A stretch of 64,000 bases of DNA from Thermoplasmatota archaeon (GTDB taxonomy: Archaea; Thermoplasmatota; Penumbrarchaeia; Penumbrarchaeales; Penumbrarchaeaceae), in contig JAFGLL010000121.1 in assembly GCA_016928095.1 (NCBI GenBank), forward strand, positions 3,266 through 67,265, given 5' to 3'. Both the position numbers and the translations under genes were made by a program. The notes under the pieces are model-generated. The model searched no databases, was not told the origin of the DNA, and saw only the letters and a list, made by a program, of their open reading frames with translations. Below are positions 1-9,827 of this stretch, in pieces (position 1 is the first letter of the stretch; each line of letters begins with the position of its first letter).

Positions 1-1
1 G

Positions 2-745
2 GAGCGTCAGAGCTATTACTGGCTACTAGAGAAGGCCGGGCTTCCATTCCCTGAAAGGATCGATGACCCACAAGGGATAGACGAGCTTGCCATCGTGAAG
101 CTTCATCACAAACAGAAGAAGCTCGAAAGGGGATTTTTCACATGCTCCTCCTTCGAGGAGTACCATCAGAAGTCCGAGAAGCTGATAGCCGGCGGTATCA
201 TCGACAGGGAGACGCTGGAAACAGCAAGGATCGAGAGGTACGTTATCGGCCCGGTCTTCAATTTCGACTTCTTCTACTCTCCTCTGGAGGAGGAGATGTC
301 GCCTCTGGAGCTGCTTGGAGTGGATTGGAGGTTCGAGACATCGTTGGACGGTCATGTAAGGCTGCCAGCACCCCAGCAGATGACGCTTGGGGAGGACCAG
401 ATACTCCCGGAATATACTGTATGTGGTCATAACAGCGCGACGCTGAGGGAATCCCTTCTGGAGAAGGTTTTCAACATGGCCGAGAGGTATGTAGAAGCCT
501 CGAAGGAGCATTACGGTCCCGGCATCATAGGTCCGTTCTGCCTGCAGACCTGTGTGGACAAGGACCTGAACTTCTTCATCTACGATGTCGCCCCCAGGAT
601 AGGCGGGGGCACCAATGTTCATATGTGGGTGGGCCACCCCTATGGTAATTCACTATGGAGGAGGACCCTATCAACGGGTAGAAGGCTGGCTATGGAGGTG
701 AGGAGGGCGGTTTCGGAGGACAGGTTGGACGAGATAGTCACGTGA
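2..745 (+). CDS. purP: PurP-like ATP-grasp FAICAR synthetase family protein (DUF1297), 5'-truncated by window edge
   Basis: Frame is open from base 2 (ERQSYYWLLEKAGLPFP...). Motifs ERGFF, DWRFET, CGHNSATLRESLL, GIIGPFCLQ and YDVAPRIGGGTN are typical of archaeal PurP-family proteins. Confidence 0.85.
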   Translation, partial: ERQSYYWLLEKAGLPFPERIDDPQGIDELAIVKLHHKQKKLERGFFTCSSFEEYHQKSEKLIAGGIIDRETLETARIERYVIGPVFNFDFFYSPLEEEMSPLELLGVDWRFETSLDGHVRLPAPQQMTLGEDQILPEYTVCGHNSATLRESLLEKVFNMAERYVEASKEHYGPGIIGPFCLQTCVDKDLNFFIYDVAPRIGGGTNVHMWVGHPYGNSLWRRTLSTGRRLAMEVRRAVSEDRLDEIVT

Positions 746-836
746 AACAGCCCTACAGGAAGGAGCTTGGCAGAATCCGAAAAAGTACATATAGTAACTC
801 GAACCATACTATATTTACCGTTACGAGGTTCCCATC

Positions 837-1088
837 ATGGTATTCGAAGGTTTGAAAAGGTTCTTCGGTCTTGCCAAGGCAGAGGAGACACCTAACCAGA
901 AGATGACCCTGATCGATGAGGAGCTGGACGAGTTCGAAAAGGAGATCCAGGAATATATCCATTACTCCGATGAGAGAAAGGAGGGTGAGATCGGCATCTC
1001 ACAACCCGCCGTCCTCTCACAGGGTGGAGGAAGGACCAGCTCGAGTTTCATTACCCCGGAAGAGGAAAAGAGGATAGATGGAGAATGA
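837..1088 (+). CDS. small hypothetical protein with N-terminal amphipathic helix and acidic body
   Basis: TATATTTA element upstream, GAGGT SD before the ATG, coding-like composition. Starts MVFEGLKRFFGL. Confidence 0.7.
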   Translation: MVFEGLKRFFGLAKAEETPNQKMTLIDEELDEFEKEIQEYIHYSDERKEGEIGISQPAVLSQGGGRTSSSFITPEEEKRIDGE

Positions 1089-1114
1089 TCCTCGTTGGAT
1101 ATGAAAAGGCCGGT

Positions 1115-1486
1115 CTATTCAACACTCAATATGTAGGTTCTTGCCCGCTCCAATAGCTGGTCATGTTCCGCACGCCATTCCTGATTGGACATTGCCCTCT
1201 TACGCTCCATCAGTGACCCTGCTTCCTCGAGGAATGCAACATCCTCCGCTCTGACCCCCCTGGCCGCAATTTCGGTCCTTGCGGTATCGAGAAGCTCGGC
1301 ATACATCTCTTTCCAGTTCGCAGCATCTCCGTCGATCTTCGCCTGCATGAGCTTTGCGGTGAGGAAAGGATAGTAGCGGTTTGTGATCTCCCTCCCGCAT
1401 TTTTCACACGTCCAGACAGGCTCCTTGCTCTCAACAAAGAACTCAGAGGCACAATCCTCGTCCCCGCATCTGACCATCATTCTCAT
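1115..1486 (-). CDS. hypothetical Zn-ribbon protein
   Basis: CGDEDC...CEKC Cys pairs followed by a helical C-terminus. ATG at 1486 follows a GGGGGTTGG SD-like sequence. Confidence 0.75.
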   Translation of the reverse strand: MRMMVRCGDEDCASEFFVESKEPVWTCEKCGREITNRYYPFLTAKLMQAKIDGDAANWKEMYAELLDTARTEIAARGVRAEDVAFLEEAGSLMERKRAMSNQEWRAEHDQLLERARTYILSVE

Positions 1487-1610
1487 AGTCCAACCCCCTG
1501 TCGTCTCGGAATATTTTCCTGGTGTAAAAAGGATTGGACTAGTTTCTCTTTCGGGGAACCCTCCCACCTCCCTCCTTTAAGCTAAAAAAAGGGATGGGTG
1601 GGAGAAACCG

Positions 1611-3743
1611 ATGGACCCCATGGACCTGTTCCCATACGACCCCCGTCCGATCCAGTTGGACCTGATCGAGAACATAAACCAGGCGCTTTCCGACAGGGGT
1701 CATGTAGTTATAGAGGCGGGGACAGGCTCCGGGAAGACCGTTTCTGTACTGGCTCCCTGCCTTGCGGCAGCATACGATCACGGGAAACGGGTGCTATACC
1801 TGACCCGAACGAACTCACAGCAGAAGCAGGTGGTCGAGGAGTTCAAACGGATAAAACAAAGCCTGTTACCAGCCCAACCAGTAATAACCCCCGTCATTGA
1901 AGGAGCGGAGGACATGATAGATCAGGCCATCTCGGAGTTGAACCGGGAGGTCCTTTCCGGCTCCACGATCGGACCATGTTCTGACACCCGTGGCTCCCAA
2001 GATTTGGTATCCGGTAGCCTCTGGGAAGGGGGTCCCGGGAGCGGAACGTGTGTGGCCCTTCAAGGGAGGAACAACATGTGCCCTCTCACTTCCGAAGAGC
2101 CGGAGTTCATCACGGGAACCCCTGAAGAGCTCTCCAACATGTGCTCCGAGCGCAAGAAGAACACGAACAGCAGGTTAATTGGTAAGCCCACCGGGGGAAA
2201 GGAATGCAGATACTATTCCGCGTTCCTCCTCGATGACGGTCTGGAGGTTCGAAGGTGGTCAAGGGCGAACGACCCGACTGCCGAAGAGCTTATAGCTAGG
2301 TGCCTTGGGATGTCCATATGTCCCTATGAGGTGACCAAGCTCATGATATCGGAAGCTGTTCTGGTCACAGCACCTTATATCTTCTTCCTATCCCCGTTCA
2401 TCAGGAGAAGATTGCTCGAATGGATGGGGTGTACGATCGAGGACCTGATCGTGATCGTTGATGAAGCCCACAACCTGGCCTCCTTCGCCAGGGACCTTGG
2501 ATCGATAACCCTCACGAGCGTGACCTTGAAGCTGGCCCTGCTCGAGGTGGAGAGGAACGGTGATCACGATATCGGTGGTGGAAGGACCATCAAGGGGTTC
2601 ATCCAGACGGTGATGGATGCCCTCGAAGGGATCGCGAGCGAGTTCCTCATCGACGAGGACGGGCTTGTACCCCCCTCCTCATTGACCGAGACGATGATGG
2701 TCCTTTTCCGGACAAATTCGAACAATATAACCTCCATGGCCACCGAGATGCTTCAGCATGGTATCGCCATACAGGATAGACGAAAGGCCGAGGGGAAACT
2801 CCCCAGGTCCTACATACATACAGTGGCCAGGTTCTATCTTCTCTGGAACGAGCTGGAGTTTGAAAGGTACACTCCACTGATAGTGAAGGGTAGGAGGGAT
2901 GGAGAGCTCATACTGCAGGCATTCGCCATGGACCCGAGCATCGTGACGGGAGCGCTGAAAGAGGCCCATGCCTCGATCCATCTCTCCGGGACCCTCAGCC
3001 CGCTGGATGAGTATCGGGACACGATAGGACTTCCTTCGGACACCCCTCTCATCAAGCTACCTCCTCCTTTTCCGACCGCGAACAGGGCGGTCATGTACGT
3101 GAACGACCTATCGACCAATCACGAGACCATGATGAAGGACCCCCTGGTGAAGATGAGATACCGTGAACGTGTCATGGGGATATTGGGTTCCGTTCCCGAC
3201 AGGAATGCGGCCGTGTTCTTCCCCTCCTTCGATCTACTGATGTCCATCCTCGGGACCGAGGAGCTGGAGGACGGTACGAGCCTCCCTCCGGGTATCCGGC
3301 TGGACCGACCGACCTTCATTGAAGAAAAGGGATCACACCAGGCAGAAATAATGGATATAGCAGAGAGGTTCAAGTCCAGCAAAGGCGGCGTGCTGCTGTC
3401 CGTGATCGGAGGCAGGTTATCGGAGGGTATGGATTTCCCGGGGGAAAGCTTGGAGGTGGTGATCATAGTCGGAATACCTTACCCGAGACCTAACGCAAGG
3501 CAGAGAGCACTGTCCTCTTACTACGATATCAAGTTCGGCAAAGGGTGGGAATACACGGTACATGCACCAGCTTCACGCAGGCTTCTGCAGGCTATCGGGA
3601 GGATGATAAGGTCCGAGAGCGAGCGGGGTTACGCCATCATCCTTGATAAAAGGGCCATGCATTTCAAGGATAGCATTCCAGATCTCCAAGAATCGAGAGA
3701 AAGCATTATTCACATTTCGGAATTTTTTTTAGGAAAAACTTAA
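1611..3743 (+). CDS. xpd: XPD/Rad3-family Fe-S DNA helicase
   Basis: Q motif PYDPRPIQ, Walker A AGTGSGKT, four Fe-S Cys, DEAH, LSGTL, EGMDF and QAIGRMIR. Confidence 0.95.
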   Translation: MDPMDLFPYDPRPIQLDLIENINQALSDRGHVVIEAGTGSGKTVSVLAPCLAAAYDHGKRVLYLTRTNSQQKQVVEEFKRIKQSLLPAQPVITPVIEGAEDMIDQAISELNREVLSGSTIGPCSDTRGSQDLVSGSLWEGGPGSGTCVALQGRNNMCPLTSEEPEFITGTPEELSNMCSERKKNTNSRLIGKPTGGKECRYYSAFLLDDGLEVRRWSRANDPTAEELIARCLGMSICPYEVTKLMISEAVLVTAPYIFFLSPFIRRRLLEWMGCTIEDLIVIVDEAHNLASFARDLGSITLTSVTLKLALLEVERNGDHDIGGGRTIKGFIQTVMDALEGIASEFLIDEDGLVPPSSLTETMMVLFRTNSNNITSMATEMLQHGIAIQDRRKAEGKLPRSYIHTVARFYLLWNELEFERYTPLIVKGRRDGELILQAFAMDPSIVTGALKEAHASIHLSGTLSPLDEYRDTIGLPSDTPLIKLPPPFPTANRAVMYVNDLSTNHETMMKDPLVKMRYRERVMGILGSVPDRNAAVFFPSFDLLMSILGTEELEDGTSLPPGIRLDRPTFIEEKGSHQAEIMDIAERFKSSKGGVLLSVIGGRLSEGMDFPGESLEVVIIVGIPYPRPNARQRALSSYYDIKFGKGWEYTVHAPASRRLLQAIGRMIRSESERGYAIILDKRAMHFKDSIPDLQESRESIIHISEFFLGKT

Positions 3744-3806
3744 TTGGTACGATATACCATCCCTTTGTATAGTCTCACAGATATCGAACCAACTAGTGTC
3801 GGAAGG

Positions 3807-5723
3807 ATGAGATTGGGCAGAAAAAATAGCAGTAACAGGTCCAAAAAAGGACGCAGCTCAAAGCCCAGGAAGAAGAGCAAAGACGTGGCGGTGGAAGAGA
3901 CACCCGCTGTACCGGAGGATGAGGTAGTTTCGGAAATTGAAGGGGAAGTGGAAGAGGACATAGTGATCGGCCCTGAGAAGAAGAGGAAAAGAGGAACACG
4001 CAAAAATAAGGTCATTGTGGAAGATGAGAACCTTATCGAAGAGCAGATCGAGGAACCCGAGCAGACCCGACCCCCCACTTCCCTTGAGAACGATGATGGA
4101 AAACTGGTCTGGGAGGCGGTGGACTGGGAAGATGTGACCCCCACTTCGAGATCGGGACCTGTATTCGACGATGGGAGCATCAAGGACATCCTCAAGGACC
4201 TGGTGGGGCAGGCATGGAACGATGGGGTCATCTCGGAGGATGAGATGGCCTTGCTCAGGGTCCTGCAGGAGAGGTTGAAGGTTGACGATGTGACCTTTGA
4301 AAAGATCATCTCCGATACCAGACCCTCCCGGGAGGACGTCGAACAGGAACAGGAGATCCTCGCTGATGAGACACCTCCGGAACCAGGACATGATGAAGAA
4401 CAGAAGGAGGAAGATGAGGCAGTATGTCCCGAGCCAGATGCCCCAACATTGATCGAGCCCCCCCCTAAGATGCCATCGGACCTACCCCAACCACCTCCAA
4501 TACCTTATGTTGTCGAAAAAACCCCCGTCAATGAACCGGCACCGTTTGTCGAACCACGACGGGCACCACCTCCACCTATCCAGGAAACAAGGGGTATAAT
4601 AACCCTCACCTCTTATGTAAGGGACAGCAAAAAACCTCTCGGGGAATCCTTCGATCTCACAAAAAAGGAGGAGGCATTAAATAACCTCAAGAGGAGATGC
4701 CCCCACTGCAGGGCAATGATCCGGGTCCATCCCGAGGAAGGGAGGGACAGATGTCCGATCTGCGGGGGAACGGTCGTCTCTGAGAAGATAGAGACCCCGG
4801 GTATCAGAAGACTTCTGGACCAGGCAAGGACAGCGTACAGGGAATGCGACATGAGCGCAGCATTGGAACTTTACACACTCGCCCTTGCCCAGTCACCTCA
4901 GAACAAGGAAGCCCAGTTCTACCTCCAGAAGCTTCATCATCATCCCATCGAGAAGAGACCGGTCATCAAGGGGGATGTCAGGAACGTGACATATATCCCT
5001 TCATTCATCAAGAGGCTTGACCAGCTTCTGATGGGTGGTTATTCCGTGGGGTCCCAGGTCCTGCTGAAAGGCCCTGCCTTCAGCGGGAAGGAAGTAGTGT
5101 TCAACAAGATAATGGCATCCAGTCTCTCATTGGGCATCCCTGTGATCTATGTCTCCTCGAACAGGGCAATGAAAGAGGTCATGCAGGGCATCATCAGACA
5201 GGTCCCCGAGTTCAGAAGGTTCAATCAAGAAGGACTGGTCAGGATGTATGACCTGTTCTCGAAGTACAGCGACGGCAAGGTCCTGAAGGAGGGGCACAGG
5301 ATATTCAATATAGAGGACCGGGAAGACTTTAAGAGGTTCCAGAGCGACCTTGTCTATCTCATGGAGGAGTTCGTTTCGCAGTTCCATGGTGGGGTGATGA
5401 TAATAAATTCCCTGTCACCCCTTGTGACCCGAACCGACATGAACGACCTCATGAAATTCCTGCAGGTCCTGATATCCCGGTCCAAATCTTACCGTTTCAC
5501 CAACATCATGGACATGGCAACGGGGGTCCATCCGGAAAGCGTCGAGAACTCCATCGAATATCTGATGGATGGGATCATCGAGTTCAGGGAAAGGGAGAAC
5601 AGGAAATCCCTCAGATTGAGGGGGTTCCACCAAGGGGTCCCCACAAGGGAATGGATAGATTATCAGCATACGGATACCGACATCCATATCATGGGGTCCT
5701 TCCAGGGTGAGAGGATACTTTGA
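3807..5723 (+). CDS. multidomain KaiC/RAD55-like (RecA superfamily) protein: acidic N-terminus, small helical module, Zn ribbon, TPR, degenerate ATPase
   Basis: IKRLDQLLMGGY...LLKGPAFSGKE and YLMDGIIEFR are KaiC-like. CPHC...CPIC and a TPR-like ALELYTLALAQSPQNKEAQFYL precede them. Start taken at ATG 3807. Confidence 0.8.
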   Translation: MRLGRKNSSNRSKKGRSSKPRKKSKDVAVEETPAVPEDEVVSEIEGEVEEDIVIGPEKKRKRGTRKNKVIVEDENLIEEQIEEPEQTRPPTSLENDDGKLVWEAVDWEDVTPTSRSGPVFDDGSIKDILKDLVGQAWNDGVISEDEMALLRVLQERLKVDDVTFEKIISDTRPSREDVEQEQEILADETPPEPGHDEEQKEEDEAVCPEPDAPTLIEPPPKMPSDLPQPPPIPYVVEKTPVNEPAPFVEPRRAPPPPIQETRGIITLTSYVRDSKKPLGESFDLTKKEEALNNLKRRCPHCRAMIRVHPEEGRDRCPICGGTVVSEKIETPGIRRLLDQARTAYRECDMSAALELYTLALAQSPQNKEAQFYLQKLHHHPIEKRPVIKGDVRNVTYIPSFIKRLDQLLMGGYSVGSQVLLKGPAFSGKEVVFNKIMASSLSLGIPVIYVSSNRAMKEVMQGIIRQVPEFRRFNQEGLVRMYDLFSKYSDGKVLKEGHRIFNIEDREDFKRFQSDLVYLMEEFVSQFHGGVMIINSLSPLVTRTDMNDLMKFLQVLISRSKSYRFTNIMDMATGVHPESVENSIEYLMDGIIEFRERENRKSLRLRGFHQGVPTREWIDYQHTDTDIHIMGSFQGERIL

Positions 5724-5724
5724 T

Positions 5725-7032
5725 CTAAGCGTGTATCTCCTTCTTTTTAAAGAGTATATAGGATGCGATCATCGAGACCATACCGATGACCGAAGGTAAA
5801 ATGATGTTGACAGCGTCAAAGGTCCTGTGGACCATCAGCTGGTTCATGTCATAATACGTGAACAGGGAGATGTAACCCAGACCGTCCTGCCATCCCGCTA
5901 TGTTCGATACGATCTGGATCATGAACATGAAGATCGTGAGACCCATGATGGCACCCGTTGTCTTCGAGCTCTCATCGATCAGTACGGAGAGGAGAAGGGA
6001 GAGACCGACCATTCCGAATGCCAGGGGAACAGAGCCCAGAAAGGCGATCGTGATCCCTGCCACTGGCACTGGCTTCCCTATCATGAACACTCCAAGTATC
6101 ACCCCGACCCAGGCGGCAATGACCACAAGGGCCAGGTTCATGGCCACGACCAGCATCTTCTCGTTTAGGAAACGGAACCTTGAATACCCGGTCGCTAGAA
6201 GGATGTCGATGGACTGGTCGTCAACATGTTTTGAAACGGTCCCCCCGGTCTTTATGGCAAGGAAGATAAGGAGCATGAGAGGCCACATGGAGAAGTATTC
6301 CAGAGCTATGAAGCCCTCTATCTCCGTGAAGGAGATCATCTCCTCTCCGAAGAATGCCTTCATCATCGGATTTTCCTCCAGGTACTCGTCGAAATCGGAT
6401 ATCTGCATCAGGTCCATAGAGGATACCGGTCCAAGGAAAGTGATGTTGGAGAGGTTCCAATCATTGGGGATAAGACCCACCACGAAGAGGAGGGATGAAC
6501 CGCTGTTCGTGAAGTTCACATAGGTACCTTCCCCGAAATACACGAGCTCGATACCGGATTTTCCATCCGGGAACGGTATGGGGGCCGGATAGTGCATGTT
6601 CCCGGAATGGTCCCCCGTGTAATTCTCGAAGAATTCCATTAGCATCGGATCGTCCTTAAGGTACTCCCCGAGCGATATATTTCCAAAATGGTCTTCGAAC
6701 AGATCCTGGACCTGGCTCATGTTGAACCCCTCGATGTCATCAAGTGTGAAATTGGCCCAGTCCATGCCTTCGTCCAGGTCAAGACCGAACGCAACATGGG
6801 CAGCCGTCCCTGTCCGGGTCTCCCATTTGAGGTTGAACACATCATACTCGTCATTTGTACCGATCTTTGTCAGGGTTATGCCCTCGACGCTGGAGAAGGG
6901 TTCGCTCAGCATATCCTCGACCGAAAGGAACGCGACCATTATCAGCAGGCCGTAGAACAGCATGACACCCACATAGACCCACATCGAGGTCTGCTGGTCC
7001 TTGAAGGCGGCCTTGAACAGCGGGAGCTTCAT
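5725..7032 (-). CDS. ABC-2 type exporter permease with large extracellular insert
   Basis: About six TM segments, SIDILLATGYSR motif, C-terminal FKKKEI. Overlaps the ATPase stop (ATGA). Confidence 0.9.
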   Translation of the reverse strand: MKLPLFKAAFKDQQTSMWVYVGVMLFYGLLIMVAFLSVEDMLSEPFSSVEGITLTKIGTNDEYDVFNLKWETRTGTAAHVAFGLDLDEGMDWANFTLDDIEGFNMSQVQDLFEDHFGNISLGEYLKDDPMLMEFFENYTGDHSGNMHYPAPIPFPDGKSGIELVYFGEGTYVNFTNSGSSLLFVVGLIPNDWNLSNITFLGPVSSMDLMQISDFDEYLEENPMMKAFFGEEMISFTEIEGFIALEYFSMWPLMLLIFLAIKTGGTVSKHVDDQSIDILLATGYSRFRFLNEKMLVVAMNLALVVIAAWVGVILGVFMIGKPVPVAGITIAFLGSVPLAFGMVGLSLLLSVLIDESSKTTGAIMGLTIFMFMIQIVSNIAGWQDGLGYISLFTYYDMNQLMVHRTFDAVNIILPSVIGMVSMIASYILFKKKEIHA

Positions 7033-7973
7033 TGCACCACCCCCCTCGCCCCGTTCCTATTATGGCTCACGTTCTCTTTTCCATAATATTTCAGGAAGAG
7101 GTCCTCGAGGGACACCTCATCGTACGTGAGGTCGATGATCGTGTGCCTGGCAAGCTCCTTTATCACACCGTCTATGTGAGAGGAAACCGTCATGATCAGG
7201 ATATTTTCTTCCCCGACCTTGATGTCCGAAACGCCGGGTAGGCTCATGAAGATGTACGGATCGACCTTTCTGTCGAACTCGACGTTGAGGACCTTGCCCG
7301 TTTTCTTCTTGAACGTGGACATGTTCTCCACCATGATCAGGCGGCCTTCCCTGATGATGCCGACCCTGTCGCAGATAGATTCAACCTCCGCCAGTATATG
7401 GGATGATAAGAAGACCGTGTTCTCCTTGCTCTTTTCCTCCAGTACGATCCTGTAGAATTCCTGCTGCATGAGGGGGTCGAGCCCGGTGGTCGGTTCGTCC
7501 AGAATGGCGAGCTTGGGGTTGTGCATGAAGGCCGAGACCACACCGATCTTCTGTCGGTTTCCGCGGGAAAAATCCTTGATCCTTCTTTTAAGATCAAGGT
7601 CCAATCTTCCGGCGAGCTCCTCTATCCGGTCTTGCCCTCTGTAGTCCATCATCTCCAGAAGGGTTCGAAGGTAAGCCTTTGCCGTCATGGACTTGTAGGT
7701 CCCAAAATCCGAGGGGAGGTAACCCACCGACCTCCTGACCTTCGCTCCTTCCTTTGTAGGGTCCATCCCGTTGACCCGGGCCCAACCAGAGGTCGGTCTT
7801 ATGAGATCGAGGATGGTCCGGATGGCAGTGCTCTTCCCGGCACCGTTCGGACCAAGGAAGCCGAACACCTCCCCCCTTTTCACGGAAAGGTCCACATCGA
7901 TTATGCCTCTGGACTTCCCGTAAAATTTGGTGAGCTTGTTCAACTCGATGACAGGATCGATGTCGGGTGTCAA
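7029..7973 (-). CDS. ABC transporter ATP-binding protein
   Basis: GPNGAGKS, signature FSRGNRQK, Walker B ILDEPT, SSH switch. GTG start after a GGAGGAG SD. Confidence 0.96.
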   Translation of the reverse strand: MTPDIDPVIELNKLTKFYGKSRGIIDVDLSVKRGEVFGFLGPNGAGKSTAIRTILDLIRPTSGWARVNGMDPTKEGAKVRRSVGYLPSDFGTYKSMTAKAYLRTLLEMMDYRGQDRIEELAGRLDLDLKRRIKDFSRGNRQKIGVVSAFMHNPKLAILDEPTTGLDPLMQQEFYRIVLEEKSKENTVFLSSHILAEVESICDRVGIIREGRLIMVENMSTFKKKTGKVLNVEFDRKVDPYIFMSLPGVSDIKVGEENILIMTVSSHIDGVIKELARHTIIDLTYDEVSLEDLFLKYYGKENVSHNRNGARGVVQ

Positions 7974-8134
7974 TTAATCTCCTCCATCTAAGACTGGTAA
8001 ACCTACCGATTATTTATGCAATTTCGTATGGTCATTATATTTTAAAGGATAGATATCCATAAATCGACAGCCGTTCTCCCACCCGATCATTCCTCATACT
8101 CCTTGAAATGTTCATTATGGACCGATGAATAGGC

Positions 8135-9718
8135 TCATCCACCATCTCCATCTGATATCTGTCCGTTCCTGCCCTTGATATCCATATATTTCCGAAAAGG
8201 CCAATCGGACCATCCTATGTACGTCGCAAGCTCTCTGAGCCATTCGTTGGAATCGTAGCCCGAGATCTCCCAGAAATCCTCTGTCTTGTATCCTTCTATG
8301 ATGTCCCTTGTGGATTCCAGCCAGATCGGGAGGTCTTCAGGGATCGCCCCGAAGATCAGGGTCACCAGCAGACCGTTCTCGAACCCCAGTTTCCCTCCCT
8401 TGACCGGTCCGGGGATCGGTTGGGGTTTCAGGTTCGCTGCATGACTGATTATACCGAGCTTCAGACCTTCCCTTCCTGTGATGAAATGCATCCTGGCCGA
8501 GAGTTTCGGGAACCACTCGTCCGCAACGAAATCCGGGAATTCGTCGAAATAACTGCTTCCCTTTGGATATACCGGAATGCAGTAGACGCTCGTTGCCCTG
8601 AACTCATAGAGTGCCGCGGGAGTACCGGTAAACGTATAGAGGTCTGGTATCCCATCATCGTGAAGCACGTCCTGCTGGCTTAGCTCGATCACCCCCTCCA
8701 TCAGGTTCTTGAGCTTTTCATCGGTGCCTTCGGGCGAATGCACGTCCGGGTCTGTCCAGAGATGAGGGAGGACGAAAGGCCTTTCCGGGGTCAGACCGGC
8801 CATGATATCCGGGATATCTATCGGGCCCAGCGGCCAATTCTCCTGCATCCAGGTCTGCTCTCCCGTGTCGGCTACGGTGTATTTGAGGAAGGGGTATAGC
8901 GCCTGAGAGAGCAGTTCTATGGGGAATGGGTTGAGGACCTCTTCCCGTATGGTCTTTCTGTCCTTTCCTGTCCAGCACTGGGCGAAATGATGGTTGGATA
9001 CGGGGAATATGGAGACCCTGGAATGCTGAAACTCATAGGACTGGTCCGTTTCCTTCCTGACGATGTGGCGATTGATGATTTCCCGGCATTGATAGGGGAT
9101 GTTCGTGAAATCCCTGTTCGAGATCCTGCGGGTCGTCTTGAGCAGTTTTCCCATGACCGGTGCAACTGTCCGGGGTCCTTGAAGCGCAAGGGCGGTCCTC
9201 TGAGGCAGGATCGTGAATATCCAGTAGATGGTGGACATGGGGAGGGAATATCCCAGATGCTGCAGTATCTCGGGGGTAAGCCCGCCGCCGGTCCCACCGT
9301 CTGCGGTGTGGATGATCACGACTATTGCGGGCTCCTCGCGGGAGATGGGGGCGTAGAGGTTCTTTGCAAGGTTCTCGACGACATCGTTGTTGAGCATCGC
9401 TTTCGCCGCTCTTCCCGGTCTTCCTCCCGCACCCCTTGACATACCCCTGGCCGACAGGGACAGAGAGATCTTCTGCTCCGGGGGTATGTTCTCGAAGAAT
9501 CCTTCCCTGGTAGGATCCGAACTTGTGTCCACTATGAACGCCAGGGGTCTGTCATCATGAAGTTTGAGAGCTTTCCCCAGACACTTGTATCTATCCACAA
9601 CCTCGTAGTTGAGTATCTGGTCCACACCGTCGGACAGTATCCTGGAGCCTCCGCCTCCGATGCCGACCAGGACTATCGACGGGTGTTTTCTCTCCTCGAA
9701 CTCCTCACTGTCCATCAT
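8135..9718 (-). CDS. divergent tubulin/FtsZ-superfamily GTPase
   Basis: T1 VLVGIGGGG, T3 GAGGRP, T4 ADGGTGGG, T5 ILP, T6 SN, T7-like IDIPDI. Confidence 0.8.
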   Translation of the reverse strand: MMDSEEFEERKHPSIVLVGIGGGGSRILSDGVDQILNYEVVDRYKCLGKALKLHDDRPLAFIVDTSSDPTREGFFENIPPEQKISLSLSARGMSRGAGGRPGRAAKAMLNNDVVENLAKNLYAPISREEPAIVVIIHTADGGTGGGLTPEILQHLGYSLPMSTIYWIFTILPQRTALALQGPRTVAPVMGKLLKTTRRISNRDFTNIPYQCREIINRHIVRKETDQSYEFQHSRVSIFPVSNHHFAQCWTGKDRKTIREEVLNPFPIELLSQALYPFLKYTVADTGEQTWMQENWPLGPIDIPDIMAGLTPERPFVLPHLWTDPDVHSPEGTDEKLKNLMEGVIELSQQDVLHDDGIPDLYTFTGTPAALYEFRATSVYCIPVYPKGSSYFDEFPDFVADEWFPKLSARMHFITGREGLKLGIISHAANLKPQPIPGPVKGGKLGFENGLLVTLIFGAIPEDLPIWLESTRDIIEGYKTEDFWEISGYDSNEWLRELATYIGWSDWPFRKYMDIKGRNGQISDGDGG

Positions 9719-9827
9719 TATCCCCCGAAAAAGAACACCACTTGAACAAGTCCTTTCTTATTTCTATCTTTTCTTGGGGTGTACCTCCGATCCAGAGCTT
9801 TTTTATCTGGATAGACGTTCATCCATC

